The notes below the pieces were generated by a model, which did no database searches, was not told the DNA's origin, and saw only the letters and a list, made by a program, of their open reading frames with translations. Source: a virus. Taken from it: a stretch of 64,000 bases of DNA. The translations under genes were made by a program, and so were the position numbers. Location of the stretch: the IMG/VR virus record IMGVR_UViG_3300045988_155520, positions 192,001 to 256,000 of that record. The stretch is one strand, 5' to 3'. This document shows, in pieces, positions 42,311 through 50,573 of the stretch (positions are counted from its first letter, which is position 1; the number at the start of each line of letters is the position of its first letter).

Positions 42311-42676
42311 ATGGATATAAACGAAAAAGCAAGAGAATACGCTAATAAAAGATTTAAAGATAAAACTGGAGAATCTAACTTTATCAATCTTGATAAAAAG
42401 ATATTCACATATAATGATATCAAAAATGCTTTCATTAAAGGTTTTGAATGCATCAATCAAAATGTAAAGATTCAATGGCACGAAGAACCATATTGTTTCA
42501 AAGCCGATTTGCCTTTCATTAATATGATTATTAAAAAGGAAACAAATAATCAATATGTAGGATATATTAATAAAGAAAGAATCAATCTACCAAATTATAT
42601 TGATGAAACAAATATAAATGAAGTAATGAGATTTATGTCCGATAGAATTATTACTAATGTAAGAGATTATGAATAA
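42311..42676 (+). CDS. hypothetical protein
   Basis: 121-aa ORF, first gene after the promoter. Confidence 0.7.
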   Translation: MDINEKAREYANKRFKDKTGESNFINLDKKIFTYNDIKNAFIKGFECINQNVKIQWHEEPYCFKADLPFINMIIKKETNNQYVGYINKERINLPNYIDETNINEVMRFMSDRIITNVRDYE

Positions 42677-43073
42677 AGAACAACTTAAAATTGATGATTA
42701 TACTTCTTTCATAAAGAGATTAAATAATATAAAATCATTGGAAGAAACTTTAAAAGAAAAATTTTCAGATGACAAAATCCAAATAAAAGATGTTATTGAA
42801 TATTGTCAAATAAGTTATTGTTTAGGTGTTAGTGATGCAAAAGAAAGATTAAAAGATTTGGAATGGGATACTAACAATACCGCATACGGATATAAAGTTA
42901 AATATGAAATATATCCATCAGATTTTGGTGGTATTTATCAACTCTTTATTAATAACAATAAATATGGTAATTTCAATAACCTCAATGAAGCAAGAGAGAA
43001 AGCGCAAGAACATTACAAGTCAAGATTAAATGAATTATTCTATGGATATGAAATTGAAGGAAAACAATTATAA
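42669..43073 (+). CDS. hypothetical protein, paralog of 43030-43422
   Basis: DLEWDTNNTAYGYKVKY...NLNEAREKAQEHY versus KLEWNEDNIAYGFNNKF...VDGAKEAALAYN. Confidence 0.7.
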   Translation: MNKEQLKIDDYTSFIKRLNNIKSLEETLKEKFSDDKIQIKDVIEYCQISYCLGVSDAKERLKDLEWDTNNTAYGYKVKYEIYPSDFGGIYQLFINNNKYGNFNNLNEAREKAQEHYKSRLNELFYGYEIEGKQL

Positions 43074-43422
43074 ATCTATCTTAGAACGCATTAATCACTA
43101 CGTAAGGCGCAAAAGTAACTTCGGTGATACATTACCAACCAAAGATGCTTTATTCGCCTTAGAGATAACGTATGGGGCTGCAATCAACGATATTATTGAT
43201 AGAATAAGTAAGTTAGAATGGAATGAAGATAATATAGCTTACGGGTTTAATAATAAATTCCACGTCAACATTAATGCAGACACTATGCATCCAGAACTCT
43301 ATATTAATGACGCAATCCAAGCTGAATACATTACAGTAGACGGAGCAAAAGAAGCAGCACTGGCATATAATACTGATAAGATAAGAGAAGAACTTGATAT
43401 TGTAAGTAAAGAAAATGGATAA
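43030..43422 (+). CDS. hypothetical protein, paralog of 42669-43073 (start may be 43042 or 43048)
   Basis: 130-aa ORF. Three in-frame ATGs lie within the 44-nt overlap. Confidence 0.65.
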   Translation: MNYSMDMKLKENNYKSILERINHYVRRKSNFGDTLPTKDALFALEITYGAAINDIIDRISKLEWNEDNIAYGFNNKFHVNINADTMHPELYINDAIQAEYITVDGAKEAALAYNTDKIREELDIVSKENG

Positions 43423-43990
43423 GGATTTATTAACACCCGAAAGTAAAATGGAATTACGAAAAGGGGATTTCATTGTAAACACAGTTAATGACGATATTGT
43501 TATTGTTAAAGAGCCTGTAGATTTTGGAATAATATCAAAAGCATATAATAATTGTCAAGATAGTTCCATTATTGCCCGAGAGTTTATTTTAGGTGAAAAG
43601 TTTATATGTAATATAGGAACTTGGAGAAAAGCTACTCACGAAGAAAAGAATGAGTTTATTCAGGAACTTAAAGAACATGGTCATGAATGGGTTGAAGATG
43701 CAAAAGAATTATATTATGGTGGTAAAAGAACACCGATAGATTTTGAAAATAATCCTCCAAATAAAAATGATATCATTGTAAGAAGTGATGGTTTGATATA
43801 CGCAGAGTATCATCAAATGAATAGTACCAAAAATATATTCTTTGGAAAACTATGTATCTTTAGTGATAGAATGTATTTGGATGATTTGGTTATCATTGAT
43901 GATATGGCTTATACAGATGATTTGGAGTGGTATCATGCAAATGATAGAGAAATAGCAGTATTTAACAAATTACTTAAAACAAAGAAATAA
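43415..43990 (+). CDS. repeat-module protein (2 modules)
   Basis: Modules of the form KGDFIV...WRKATHEEKNEFIQELKEHGHEWVEDAKEL. Confidence 0.7.
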   Translation: MDKDLLTPESKMELRKGDFIVNTVNDDIVIVKEPVDFGIISKAYNNCQDSSIIAREFILGEKFICNIGTWRKATHEEKNEFIQELKEHGHEWVEDAKELYYGGKRTPIDFENNPPNKNDIIVRSDGLIYAEYHQMNSTKNIFFGKLCIFSDRMYLDDLVIIDDMAYTDDLEWYHANDREIAVFNKLLKTKK

Positions 43991-43991
43991 A

Positions 43992-45467
43992 ATGGATAAA
44001 ATTCAAAAATTCGAATCAGGCACTTATATCACTAATGGAGAAATGAGTGGTATAGTTAAATGTTACTCAGCTGATATGTTTTATTTTCATAATAGATTCC
44101 CAGAAGAAGGAGGGAGTATATTTTTATACATAGCTTTTCTTAATGCAGATGATAAGCATACTATTCTCAAAGAAACGAAAACTTTTAATGATGGCTCATT
44201 CCGTGAAATGAATGATTCTGAAATTAATGAATTTAATCAAATGCTCTTGAAAAACGGATATATATGGGACGATGATTCTATGAAAGTCATTAAAATGGAA
44301 GCAACAGTCTCATCGGTTAATCAAGAAAATAAAACTGAAGAAATGAAAGAAACTAAACCAAAGTTCAAGACAGGTGATTTCCTTACAAGTATTGACGGAG
44401 TCGAAACATTTATCTTCATGAGATACGAAGAAGATGAATGGTTGTTAGGATGGAATATAGTATACGGTATAGACGAATGTTGTAATAAGTGTGAGGTGCA
44501 AAGATTTAATCCTGCACATCCTTGGCAATATTCAACCGATTATGAGAAACAACAATTTCTCTACAGACTAAGAGGCACATGTTATGTTTGGCATGATGAT
44601 GTAAAAGAAATGCGTAAGGAATATGAGTTAGATGATGATAAACTCAAATGTGGTGACGTTATTTATTTCAGAGATGGAGAAACTGTTATCTTCAAGGGAA
44701 TAACTGCTGATAAACTCAAGATGAGAGTATGGCATGCACCTACAGATGGTAACGTCTTAACTGAGTATAATAGATTTATTCCTTGGAAATATGCTACAGC
44801 TAATCAACAAGATTATATTCGTGATATATTAAAATTAAATGGATATGTATGGGATAAGGATGAAAATAACTTCTTCTCACACCCAAGAATGATAACTACT
44901 AATATTAGTGATAATTCCATTTCAATTCCAAATGAAATTCAACCTATCAATATTCCAGACGGATATATAGCAACTATTGAGAATGGAAAGATTTATTTCA
45001 CCAAAGAGTTTAAGGATGGTGATTTTATTAAAACGAAAACTGACTGTGCAATAGCAATCTTTAAAGAAATATCAGATGGAGGAGAGATTATTGGATACGC
45101 TGAATATTTTACTAAGAGTGACGGTTTTCTTATGGCAGAGGATGTTATCGGACACCATTTAAATCAATGGACAAAAGCTACAGATGAAGATATACAATTG
45201 TTCAAAGATAAATTGGCAGAACAGAATTATAAGTGGAATGAGGAATTAAAGCAACTTGTAGATTTATGCTGGATGCCTGAAATTGGAGAAACGTATTACT
45301 TTATTAATAGATATTTTAAGGTGATTAAAGCAAGAAATATTAATAGTAAAGCACAGCGAAAATATATATCATTACATAATTGTTTTAAGACAGAAGAAGA
45401 TGCAACGGAACTCTTAAAGGAACTGAAGCAAATGTTTGTAAACTATAATAAACAAAAATATGAATAA
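43992..45467 (+). CDS. repeat-module protein (about 5 modules)
   Basis: FREMNDSEINEFNQMLLKNGYIWDDDSMKV; YSTDYEKQQFLYRLRGTCYVWHDDVKEM; KYATANQQDYIRDILKLNGYVWDKDENNF; WTKATDEDIQLFKDKLAEQNYKWNEELKQL. Confidence 0.8.
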   Translation: MDKIQKFESGTYITNGEMSGIVKCYSADMFYFHNRFPEEGGSIFLYIAFLNADDKHTILKETKTFNDGSFREMNDSEINEFNQMLLKNGYIWDDDSMKVIKMEATVSSVNQENKTEEMKETKPKFKTGDFLTSIDGVETFIFMRYEEDEWLLGWNIVYGIDECCNKCEVQRFNPAHPWQYSTDYEKQQFLYRLRGTCYVWHDDVKEMRKEYELDDDKLKCGDVIYFRDGETVIFKGITADKLKMRVWHAPTDGNVLTEYNRFIPWKYATANQQDYIRDILKLNGYVWDKDENNFFSHPRMITTNISDNSISIPNEIQPINIPDGYIATIENGKIYFTKEFKDGDFIKTKTDCAIAIFKEISDGGEIIGYAEYFTKSDGFLMAEDVIGHHLNQWTKATDEDIQLFKDKLAEQNYKWNEELKQLVDLCWMPEIGETYYFINRYFKVIKARNINSKAQRKYISLHNCFKTEEDATELLKELKQMFVNYNKQKYE

Positions 45468-46341
45468 TGTTTTTAAGAACGGAGATATTATTACCAGTGT
45501 AAACACCACTGGTATCTTCAAAGATTATGATAAATCTACAGATAAGATAACGTTCTGGGTAGAAATTACATGGTCTGTTGACCCTACTGTTGAAATAAAT
45601 GCTGTTGCTACGGGTATTGAATACTTTACCAAAGCAACTCCAAGAAAAGAAATAGAAGCCGTTAATTTCTTAAATAAAGAGGGATATATATGGGATGATA
45701 AAAATGGTGTGTTAATAGATACCTATGCAAATCTTACTTATGATATCATCAAAAAGCATTTACTTGAAAATAGTTGGTATACAAATGATGAAACTGGTGA
45801 ATGTTTCCTAATGAGAGATTATATTTCTAAAAAGGATGGGGTTATCGGGACATACGCATTCATTGATAAAGATAATTTCATCCATATTGATGAAAATGTT
45901 TTTAAAATAGATGGCAATTGGAGATGTGTAAGAAGAAGTGAAGAGGAACATCTATTTGATAGATTAAGTCGAGTGGGCTATCTTTGGAATGATGTAACGG
46001 ATGAATTGGTCTATGTTGGTAAATATAATCTATCAAGCAAAGAAAAGGATAGATTAACAAAAGGAGATTTTATTGTTGATGAAACAAAAAATGAAATATT
46101 CATTTTAAAAGAACAAGATTATTTTATAACAGTTAGTGTCAAAAATTACACGCCTTATTATAAAACATGGGCTTCAATGAAACTTGGTAAACCAAAAAGT
46201 ATCTCTGTAACTAATGAGAAATATCCAATGTATTCAACACTAAGATACGCAACATTACCAGAAATAAATGATTTCCTCCAAGTTCTTAAAGATAATGGTT
46301 ATACTTGGAATAATAAAACAAAACAATTAATAGAAGAATAA
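45460..46341 (+). CDS. repeat-module protein (about 3 modules)
   Basis: TKATPRKEIEAVNFLNKEGYIWDDKNGVL; RRSEEEHLFDRLSRVGYLWNDVTDEL; RYATLPEINDFLQVLKDNGYTWNNKTKQL. Confidence 0.8.
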   Translation: MNNVFKNGDIITSVNTTGIFKDYDKSTDKITFWVEITWSVDPTVEINAVATGIEYFTKATPRKEIEAVNFLNKEGYIWDDKNGVLIDTYANLTYDIIKKHLLENSWYTNDETGECFLMRDYISKKDGVIGTYAFIDKDNFIHIDENVFKIDGNWRCVRRSEEEHLFDRLSRVGYLWNDVTDELVYVGKYNLSSKEKDRLTKGDFIVDETKNEIFILKEQDYFITVSVKNYTPYYKTWASMKLGKPKSISVTNEKYPMYSTLRYATLPEINDFLQVLKDNGYTWNNKTKQLIEE

Positions 46342-46344
46342 AAT

Positions 46345-46752
46345 ATGAATACAAGACAAAACGTATATATAGGATTATTATCCTTTACACTCTTTAATTT
46401 GTCAGCATATCAATTTTTGACATTAAACGATTATTTGAATTATTATTATTTAGTTTTTGTGTTCTTCTTTATTAATCAATCATTCATTGTAATGAATATA
46501 TTTGATATAATAACATTTGATGAAGAAAAAGATATAAAAGAAATCATTCAAAAAAATATTCAACTATATAGTATAGGGCAAGTAATTCTTATCACAGCAA
46601 TAAACATTATAATGATTGTCTTAGGATTTAACATACTATATGGAATCATCAACATAGGAACATATTATATCCTACTATATATCTTATATAAAATATCAAA
46701 GAATGTAATTACAAATTCAAAATCACAACATATTAAGAGAAAAACTATATAA
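46345..46752 (+). CDS. membrane protein (multi-TM)
   Basis: 135 aa with hydrophobic segments (VYIGLLSFTLFNL, YYLVFVFFFINQSFIVM, VILITAINIIMIVLGFNILYGIINIGTYYILLYILY). Confidence 0.65.
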   Translation: MNTRQNVYIGLLSFTLFNLSAYQFLTLNDYLNYYYLVFVFFFINQSFIVMNIFDIITFDEEKDIKEIIQKNIQLYSIGQVILITAINIIMIVLGFNILYGIINIGTYYILLYILYKISKNVITNSKSQHIKRKTI

Positions 46753-46775
46753 AGAATACATAATACTAATATTTA

Positions 46776-46816
46776 TAGGTAAGCAAATATATAATATACT
46801 GCTTGCCTATTTTTTT
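46776..46816 (+). terminator. hairpin + T7
   Basis: TAGGTAAGCA pairs with TGCTTGCCTA (one wobble), followed by TTTTTTT. Confidence 0.8.
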
Positions 46817-46847
46817 ATAACTAATAAATTCAACAAAAAACAAAGTA

Positions 46848-47117
46848 ATGCGGATGAAAAAGACGTACTACCGAAAAACACCACCTAAAAAGTTTGAACC
46901 AGATAAATGCCACTGGACAAGAACTGACAAAAATAGATGGAAAAGTAAAGTCACTTACGAAACAGAAGACGATGCCGAAGAATGGCTTAAACAGCACCCT
47001 AAACTAATACAACAAGGAATGGTATCATATGTCTGCCCCATATGCAATAAATGGCACTGTGGACATAATACAATAGATAAAGACACAAAACAACTACTTA
47101 AAAATAATTTTAACTAA
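46848..47117 (+). CDS. small Cys/His-containing protein
   Basis: 89 aa, with ...DKCHW...YVCPICNKWHCGH suggesting a zinc-binding knuckle. Confidence 0.6.
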   Translation: MRMKKTYYRKTPPKKFEPDKCHWTRTDKNRWKSKVTYETEDDAEEWLKQHPKLIQQGMVSYVCPICNKWHCGHNTIDKDTKQLLKNNFN

Positions 47118-47132
47118 TATAAAAACAATAAT

Positions 47133-47164
47133 CCCTCAATAGATAATAATATGCCTATTGAGGG
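47133..47164. terminator. hairpin terminator
   Basis: CCCTCAATAG pairs with CTATTGAGGG (perfect 10 bp), followed by GTTTT. Confidence 0.8.
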
Positions 47165-47173
47165 GTTTTAATG

Positions 47174-47338
47174 TTATTTGTGACGTTTATATTGAGGTCC
47201 TGTAGTATATTCAGGATTATAAGGACAAACACCGCCAGCGCCCTTGCGATTAATCAAATCGTCAATAGTCTTAGCATCATGTTCGCATCCAACTTATATC
47301 ACACTGCATAATGGTCTTATATAATTAATCTTTTTCAT
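47174..47338 (-). pseudogene. small ORF interrupted by an in-frame TAA
   Basis: ATG 47338: MKKINYIRPLCSVI-stop(47296-47294)-VGCEHDAKTIDDLINRKGAGGVCPYNPEYTTGPQYKRHK-stop. The second part has no start codon of its own. Confidence 0.3.
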
Positions 47339-47367
47339 ATTCAATATAAAAATCATCATAATAACAA

Positions 47368-47400
47368 ATGTGTGTCTACCTATCACAGGCAAACACACAT
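47368..47400 (-). terminator. terminator hairpin with conserved loop (copy 5 of 5)
   Basis: Stem ATGTGTGT/ACACACAT, loop CTACCTATCACAGGCAA (15 of 17 identical to the 33776 copy). Confidence 0.75.
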
Positions 47401-47467
47401 CATATCTAATTATTAAAATCTAAACAAACTAAAATTTATATTTAAGTAATTATGAATCTCTTTAAAA

Positions 47468-47529
47468 GCGAGAGGGGATGCTGACCGCAGCAATCTCACT
47501 AAAAGGTCACGACATCGACCCTCTCACGC
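47468..47529 (-). ncRNA. structured element (long bulged hairpin + T-tract) 3' of the tRNA-like sequence
   Basis: Reverse strand reads GCGTGAGAGGG...(inner GCTG-CGGT-CAGC hairpin)...CCCCTCTCGC followed by TTTT. Confidence 0.4.
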
Positions 47530-47539
47530 ACCAAACTGA

Positions 47540-47609
47540 GCTGGATTATGGAATCGAACCACTCCTCTGTATTGGAAAAACACAGCGTGCACCATTACAC
47601 CTTATCCGC
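47540..47609 (-). tRNA. tRNA-like sequence with a defective acceptor stem (possible tRNA pseudogene or tRNA-derived RNA; anticodon loop reads UUUUCCA, so UUC if it is a tRNA)
   Basis: Reverse strand: GCGGATAAGGTGTAATGGTGCACGCTGTGTTTTTCCAATACAGAGGAGTGGTTCGATTCCATAATCCAGC. Canonical T-arm GGTTCGATTCC and a 5-bp anticodon stem TGTGT/ATACA, but GCGGATA and ATCCAGC pair poorly. Confidence 0.35.
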
Positions 47610-47743
47610 ATATAAAATAGGAAGCAAAGTTGTTTAAATAAACCAATATTATATTCTGTATTAATACTGCTGTACGCTTCCACTAAGTATATATAAGTCT
47701 GAGTATGGAACTCAGAGGAGAATAAGACTTCTCTAAATCACAA

Positions 47744-47778
47744 TGCAAAGATACTACTTTTATTTTAAACTGCCAAAT
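47744..47778 (-). promoter_or_regulatory. Bacteroidota-type promoter driving the tRNA-like locus
   Basis: rc -7 TGCAAAG at 47744-47750 and rc -33 GCCAAA at 47772-47777. No ORF follows. Confidence 0.7.
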
Positions 47779-48541
47779 AAAATCATATAATTTTATATAC
47801 ATTAACTAAATTGATAAATAAGATAATTAATATAAACACTATTTAATACTATATTCCCAATTTTTTAAATTTTCAAAATTTTATAAAAAATTTTATTTTT
47901 TTTGTAAAAATGGACACCAAACAGTCCTTCCTGCACGTTTTCATCAATTTTCCTCCCTTGCAGTTACACTCCCTCGCAGACATACCTCAAAAGTCCTCCC
48001 TTGCAGTATATCTCTCCGAAAGTGTCCATTCAAGTTCCATTCCTTCCCCATTCCTCCCTTTCCCTACAAACTATATCATTCCACTATTCTCCCTTGCAGT
48101 TACACTTTCTTACAGTTGTCACTCATTCACATTTCCACTTGCTGTATATCTCCCTTTGCTGTTATACTTCTTTCCTATATATAATGACATATATAAAATC
48201 ATATATATTATTTCTATAATTTTATCTTATAATATCTCTATATCTCTATTCTTCTATAATATTTCAATATATCTATGTTTTTCTTTAATATTATATTTTC
48301 ATATCATGTATATATTTATCTATATTTCAATAACTCTATATTTCAGATAAGGATATTTCTATATAATATTATTTTTATCCTATCTTATTTCTTATTATAT
48401 CTCTATATAGTTAAAATTATTTCATAGTATATTTTTTCTTTCTTTTTATAGTTGGAAGGTAAGGATTTGTATTATGTACATATATGTTTATTTATAGTGG
48501 ATATATTAGTATTATATAGTTTATTCTTTCAATACTTTATT

Positions 48542-48772
48542 TTATCTATCTTTAGTTTCTTTATTCTTTCCAATTTGTTTTATTTCATCAAGTCGTTTTC
48601 TTCCTTCGTTTAAGACCTTATAATATGCCATAATTTCTTTATAAGACTTTTCATATTGTTCTTTGTTTTTAATATATTCCTTTTTGCTTTCTCTATAATC
48701 TCTTTCAGCGTTTGGACTAAGAAAAATGGGAGAATCATCATCTTTAAAATATCTTTCTTTAATATCTTTCAT
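48542..48772 (-). CDS. hypothetical lysine-rich protein
   Basis: 76-aa ORF. A weaker promoter-like TGCAAAT lies at 48819-48825. Confidence 0.6.
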   Translation of the reverse strand: MKDIKERYFKDDDSPIFLSPNAERDYRESKKEYIKNKEQYEKSYKEIMAYYKVLNEGRKRLDEIKQIGKNKETKDR

Positions 48773-48985
48773 ACTTGATTTATTTTTATTTCAATTAAAT
48801 AAGTTATCTTCTTACATTTGCAAATATACATATAATATTTTATATTGGCAAGGATTTTTGTTTTATTATTAGATAGTTTGGTGATATATATATATATAAA
48901 GAAAAGAGAGAACATGAATTATATTATATTCACATTCTCTCCTATATTAGAATAAGTATTTTCTTACATTATTTACTTTATTCAA

Positions 48986-49537
48986 TTACAAATGGTCAAA
49001 TCTTAAATGCAGACCTTTTGTTCGTTTCTCTGGTTCATGGTTATCCATATATTTAGAAAAATCTCTATGAACTTTACTTAACACATCTACTGTAGGGTGG
49101 TCAGGATTCGCTCTATTAACTCTTAATAAAATTGGATTATTATTACTATCAAAATAACAAGCAATCTCTCCTACGAAATCTCTCACATCGCTATCCTTTC
49201 TTTTTAGACCTGTTAATGTAAATTTGGTCACTAATCTACCGTCTTCTATCAAATCAAGAGAATCTGGCGTAATTGTTAAATTACATAAAAATAATGAAAT
49301 TTCATTATAAGTTAATCCTCGAATGCTTTCAATATTTTTAGAGTTATAGAATCCTTCACCTCTTATTGTTTCGTCATTAGACATGTCTTGTACAGTTGTC
49401 TTCACAGGTATATCTTCATTAGTAATATAGTTTCCATTTGAACCATTAATTAAAGAAGATTCAGAATAAGTATAGAACTTAAAATTTATATAGAATAGCT
49501 TATCTACTCCCCCCATTTTCTTTAACAAGTGCGACAC
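48986..49537 (-). CDS. hypothetical protein, main part of a gene split at a G6 tract; paralog of 49647-49937
   Basis: TLTGLKRKDSDVRDFVGEIACYFDSNNNPILL versus FSFDGLKRKDNGQRDYIGQIACYCDKNKQPFVL. The only start in this frame is GTG. Confidence 0.7.
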   Translation of the reverse strand: MSHLLKKMGGVDKLFYINFKFYTYSESSLINGSNGNYITNEDIPVKTTVQDMSNDETIRGEGFYNSKNIESIRGLTYNEISLFLCNLTITPDSLDLIEDGRLVTKFTLTGLKRKDSDVRDFVGEIACYFDSNNNPILLRVNRANPDHPTVDVLSKVHRDFSKYMDNHEPEKRTKGLHLRFDHL

Positions 49538-49610
49538 GTAGTTGATTTAAATTCGTTTCTTTATCCTTGTTAAATTCTGTCATTGAATTAAAGATATTAA
49601 TGTATTTCAT
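49500..49610 (-). CDS. 5' fragment (36 aa) of the same gene, in a different frame
   Basis: ATG 49610: MKYINIFNSMTEFNKDKETNLNQLRVALVKENGGSR-stop. Removing one G from the run at 49509-49514 gives ...VKENGGVDKLFYINF... continuous with 48986-49537. Confidence 0.6.
   Translation of the reverse strand: MKYINIFNSMTEFNKDKETNLNQLRVALVKENGGSR
49509..49514 (-). repeat. G6 (C6 on +) homopolymer at the frame break
   Basis: tactCCCCCCatttt. Confidence 0.9.
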
Positions 49611-49646
49611 AATATTTGTTTATATTTTTTTAATGTTATTTCAAAT

Positions 49647-49937
49647 TTAGAACTTTGATACTGATTTATATAATTTAGTTCTGTAATCAGGCAGATATGT
49701 ATCATTATATTTGGAAAATGAATCTATTTCTACCCTCCCCCCTTGTGCCTTTTTAAGAACAAATGGTTGTTTATTTTTATCGCAATAACAAGCAATTTGA
49801 CCTATATAATCTCTTTGACCATTATCTTTTCTTTTTAGACCGTCAAATGAAAAGATTGTTGTTAATTTTTCTTCTTGATTATATTGAAGAACAAATATAT
49901 TTCCATTAGCATCAACAAATGTTGTTATTTGTTCCAC
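49647..49937 (-). CDS. hypothetical protein, paralog of 48986-49610 (GTG start; degenerate extra repeat upstream)
   Basis: The frame stays open upstream to 49997 without an ATG (VVFNFDGLRSKEDKSIRDC...), repeating the F-x-F-DGL-(K/R) motif. Confidence 0.55.
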   Translation of the reverse strand: MEQITTFVDANGNIFVLQYNQEEKLTTIFSFDGLKRKDNGQRDYIGQIACYCDKNKQPFVLKKAQGGRVEIDSFSKYNDTYLPDYRTKLYKSVSKF

Positions 49938-50098
49938 ACAATCTCTTATACTCTTATCTTCCTTACTTCTAAGTCCATCAAAATTAAATACAACTTATCT
50001 AACAGATTTGTGTTATAAGTGGTTACAAGCGATTCTAAAGTATATCTATCAAGAATATTAGAATATATATAAAAAGTTAGGTATATTATAAATAAAAA

Positions 50099-50126
50099 CT
50101 GGAGAGAACTTGATTATTCTCTCCAG
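50099..50126 (-). terminator. hairpin terminator
   Basis: CTGGAGAGAA pairs with TTCTCTCCAG (perfect 10 bp) after the stop of 50139-50573. Confidence 0.8.
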
Positions 50127-50138
50127 TTTACCTATTAA

Positions 50139-50573
50139 TTAGTGATAATATTTTTTCAATCCTGTAAGAAGATAATGTATTGTATCAGTTATCAGGCATG
50201 TATTTCTTTGCAAATAAATATCAATATATTCATTCAGTGGCATTATGGGATACTCCATTTGCCACCTTTTAAGAAGATGCCATGTGAAGTCTGCCAATGC
50301 AAAATTTTCAGAAGATGTTTTTGAAAAAACGAAATTAACGTTTAACCATTCCAATGCTTGAAATGCTACATCAAAATATTTACTGACTTGTATCCATAAT
50401 TCTTCACTAACAAAGCAATCGACCTTACGTTTAATCTTTGCATCTCCATAATGCACGGATACAATAATTTTACCAACATCGTCTTTGATATCTGATAGTT
50501 TATATGTGAAGCGAGTTGGTAAATTTGGAACTTCTTCATGTCCTGTTATTGCAAATGTAAATTTACGTTTCAT
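50139..50573 (-). CDS. hypothetical protein
   Basis: 144-aa ORF. Its start overlaps the stop of the upstream gene by 1 nt. Confidence 0.7.
   Translation of the reverse strand: MKRKFTFAITGHEEVPNLPTRFTYKLSDIKDDVGKIIVSVHYGDAKIKRKVDCFVSEELWIQVSKYFDVAFQALEWLNVNFVFSKTSSENFALADFTWHLLKRWQMEYPIMPLNEYIDIYLQRNTCLITDTIHYLLTGLKKYYH

Noticed and set aside
47540-47609. tRNA-like segment as a phage attachment site (attP) for integration into a host tRNA gene
   Set aside because: No integrase or recombinase gene is present in 64 kb. The 5' half also retains tRNA-like D and anticodon arms, so it is not just a 3'-half identity block. The locus also has its own promoter. I kept it only as an alternative in the finding.
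47910-48540. Possible CRISPR-like array, or the ORFs 47910-48350 and 48001-48219, in the repeat-rich region
   Set aside because: The repeats (CTCCCTTGCAGTTACAC and similar, ATATCTCTATAT and similar) are degenerate and irregularly spaced (~30, ~94 and ~48 nt), with no unique spacers. The ORF translations are low-complexity S/L/P/F/Y strings with no start context or promoter.
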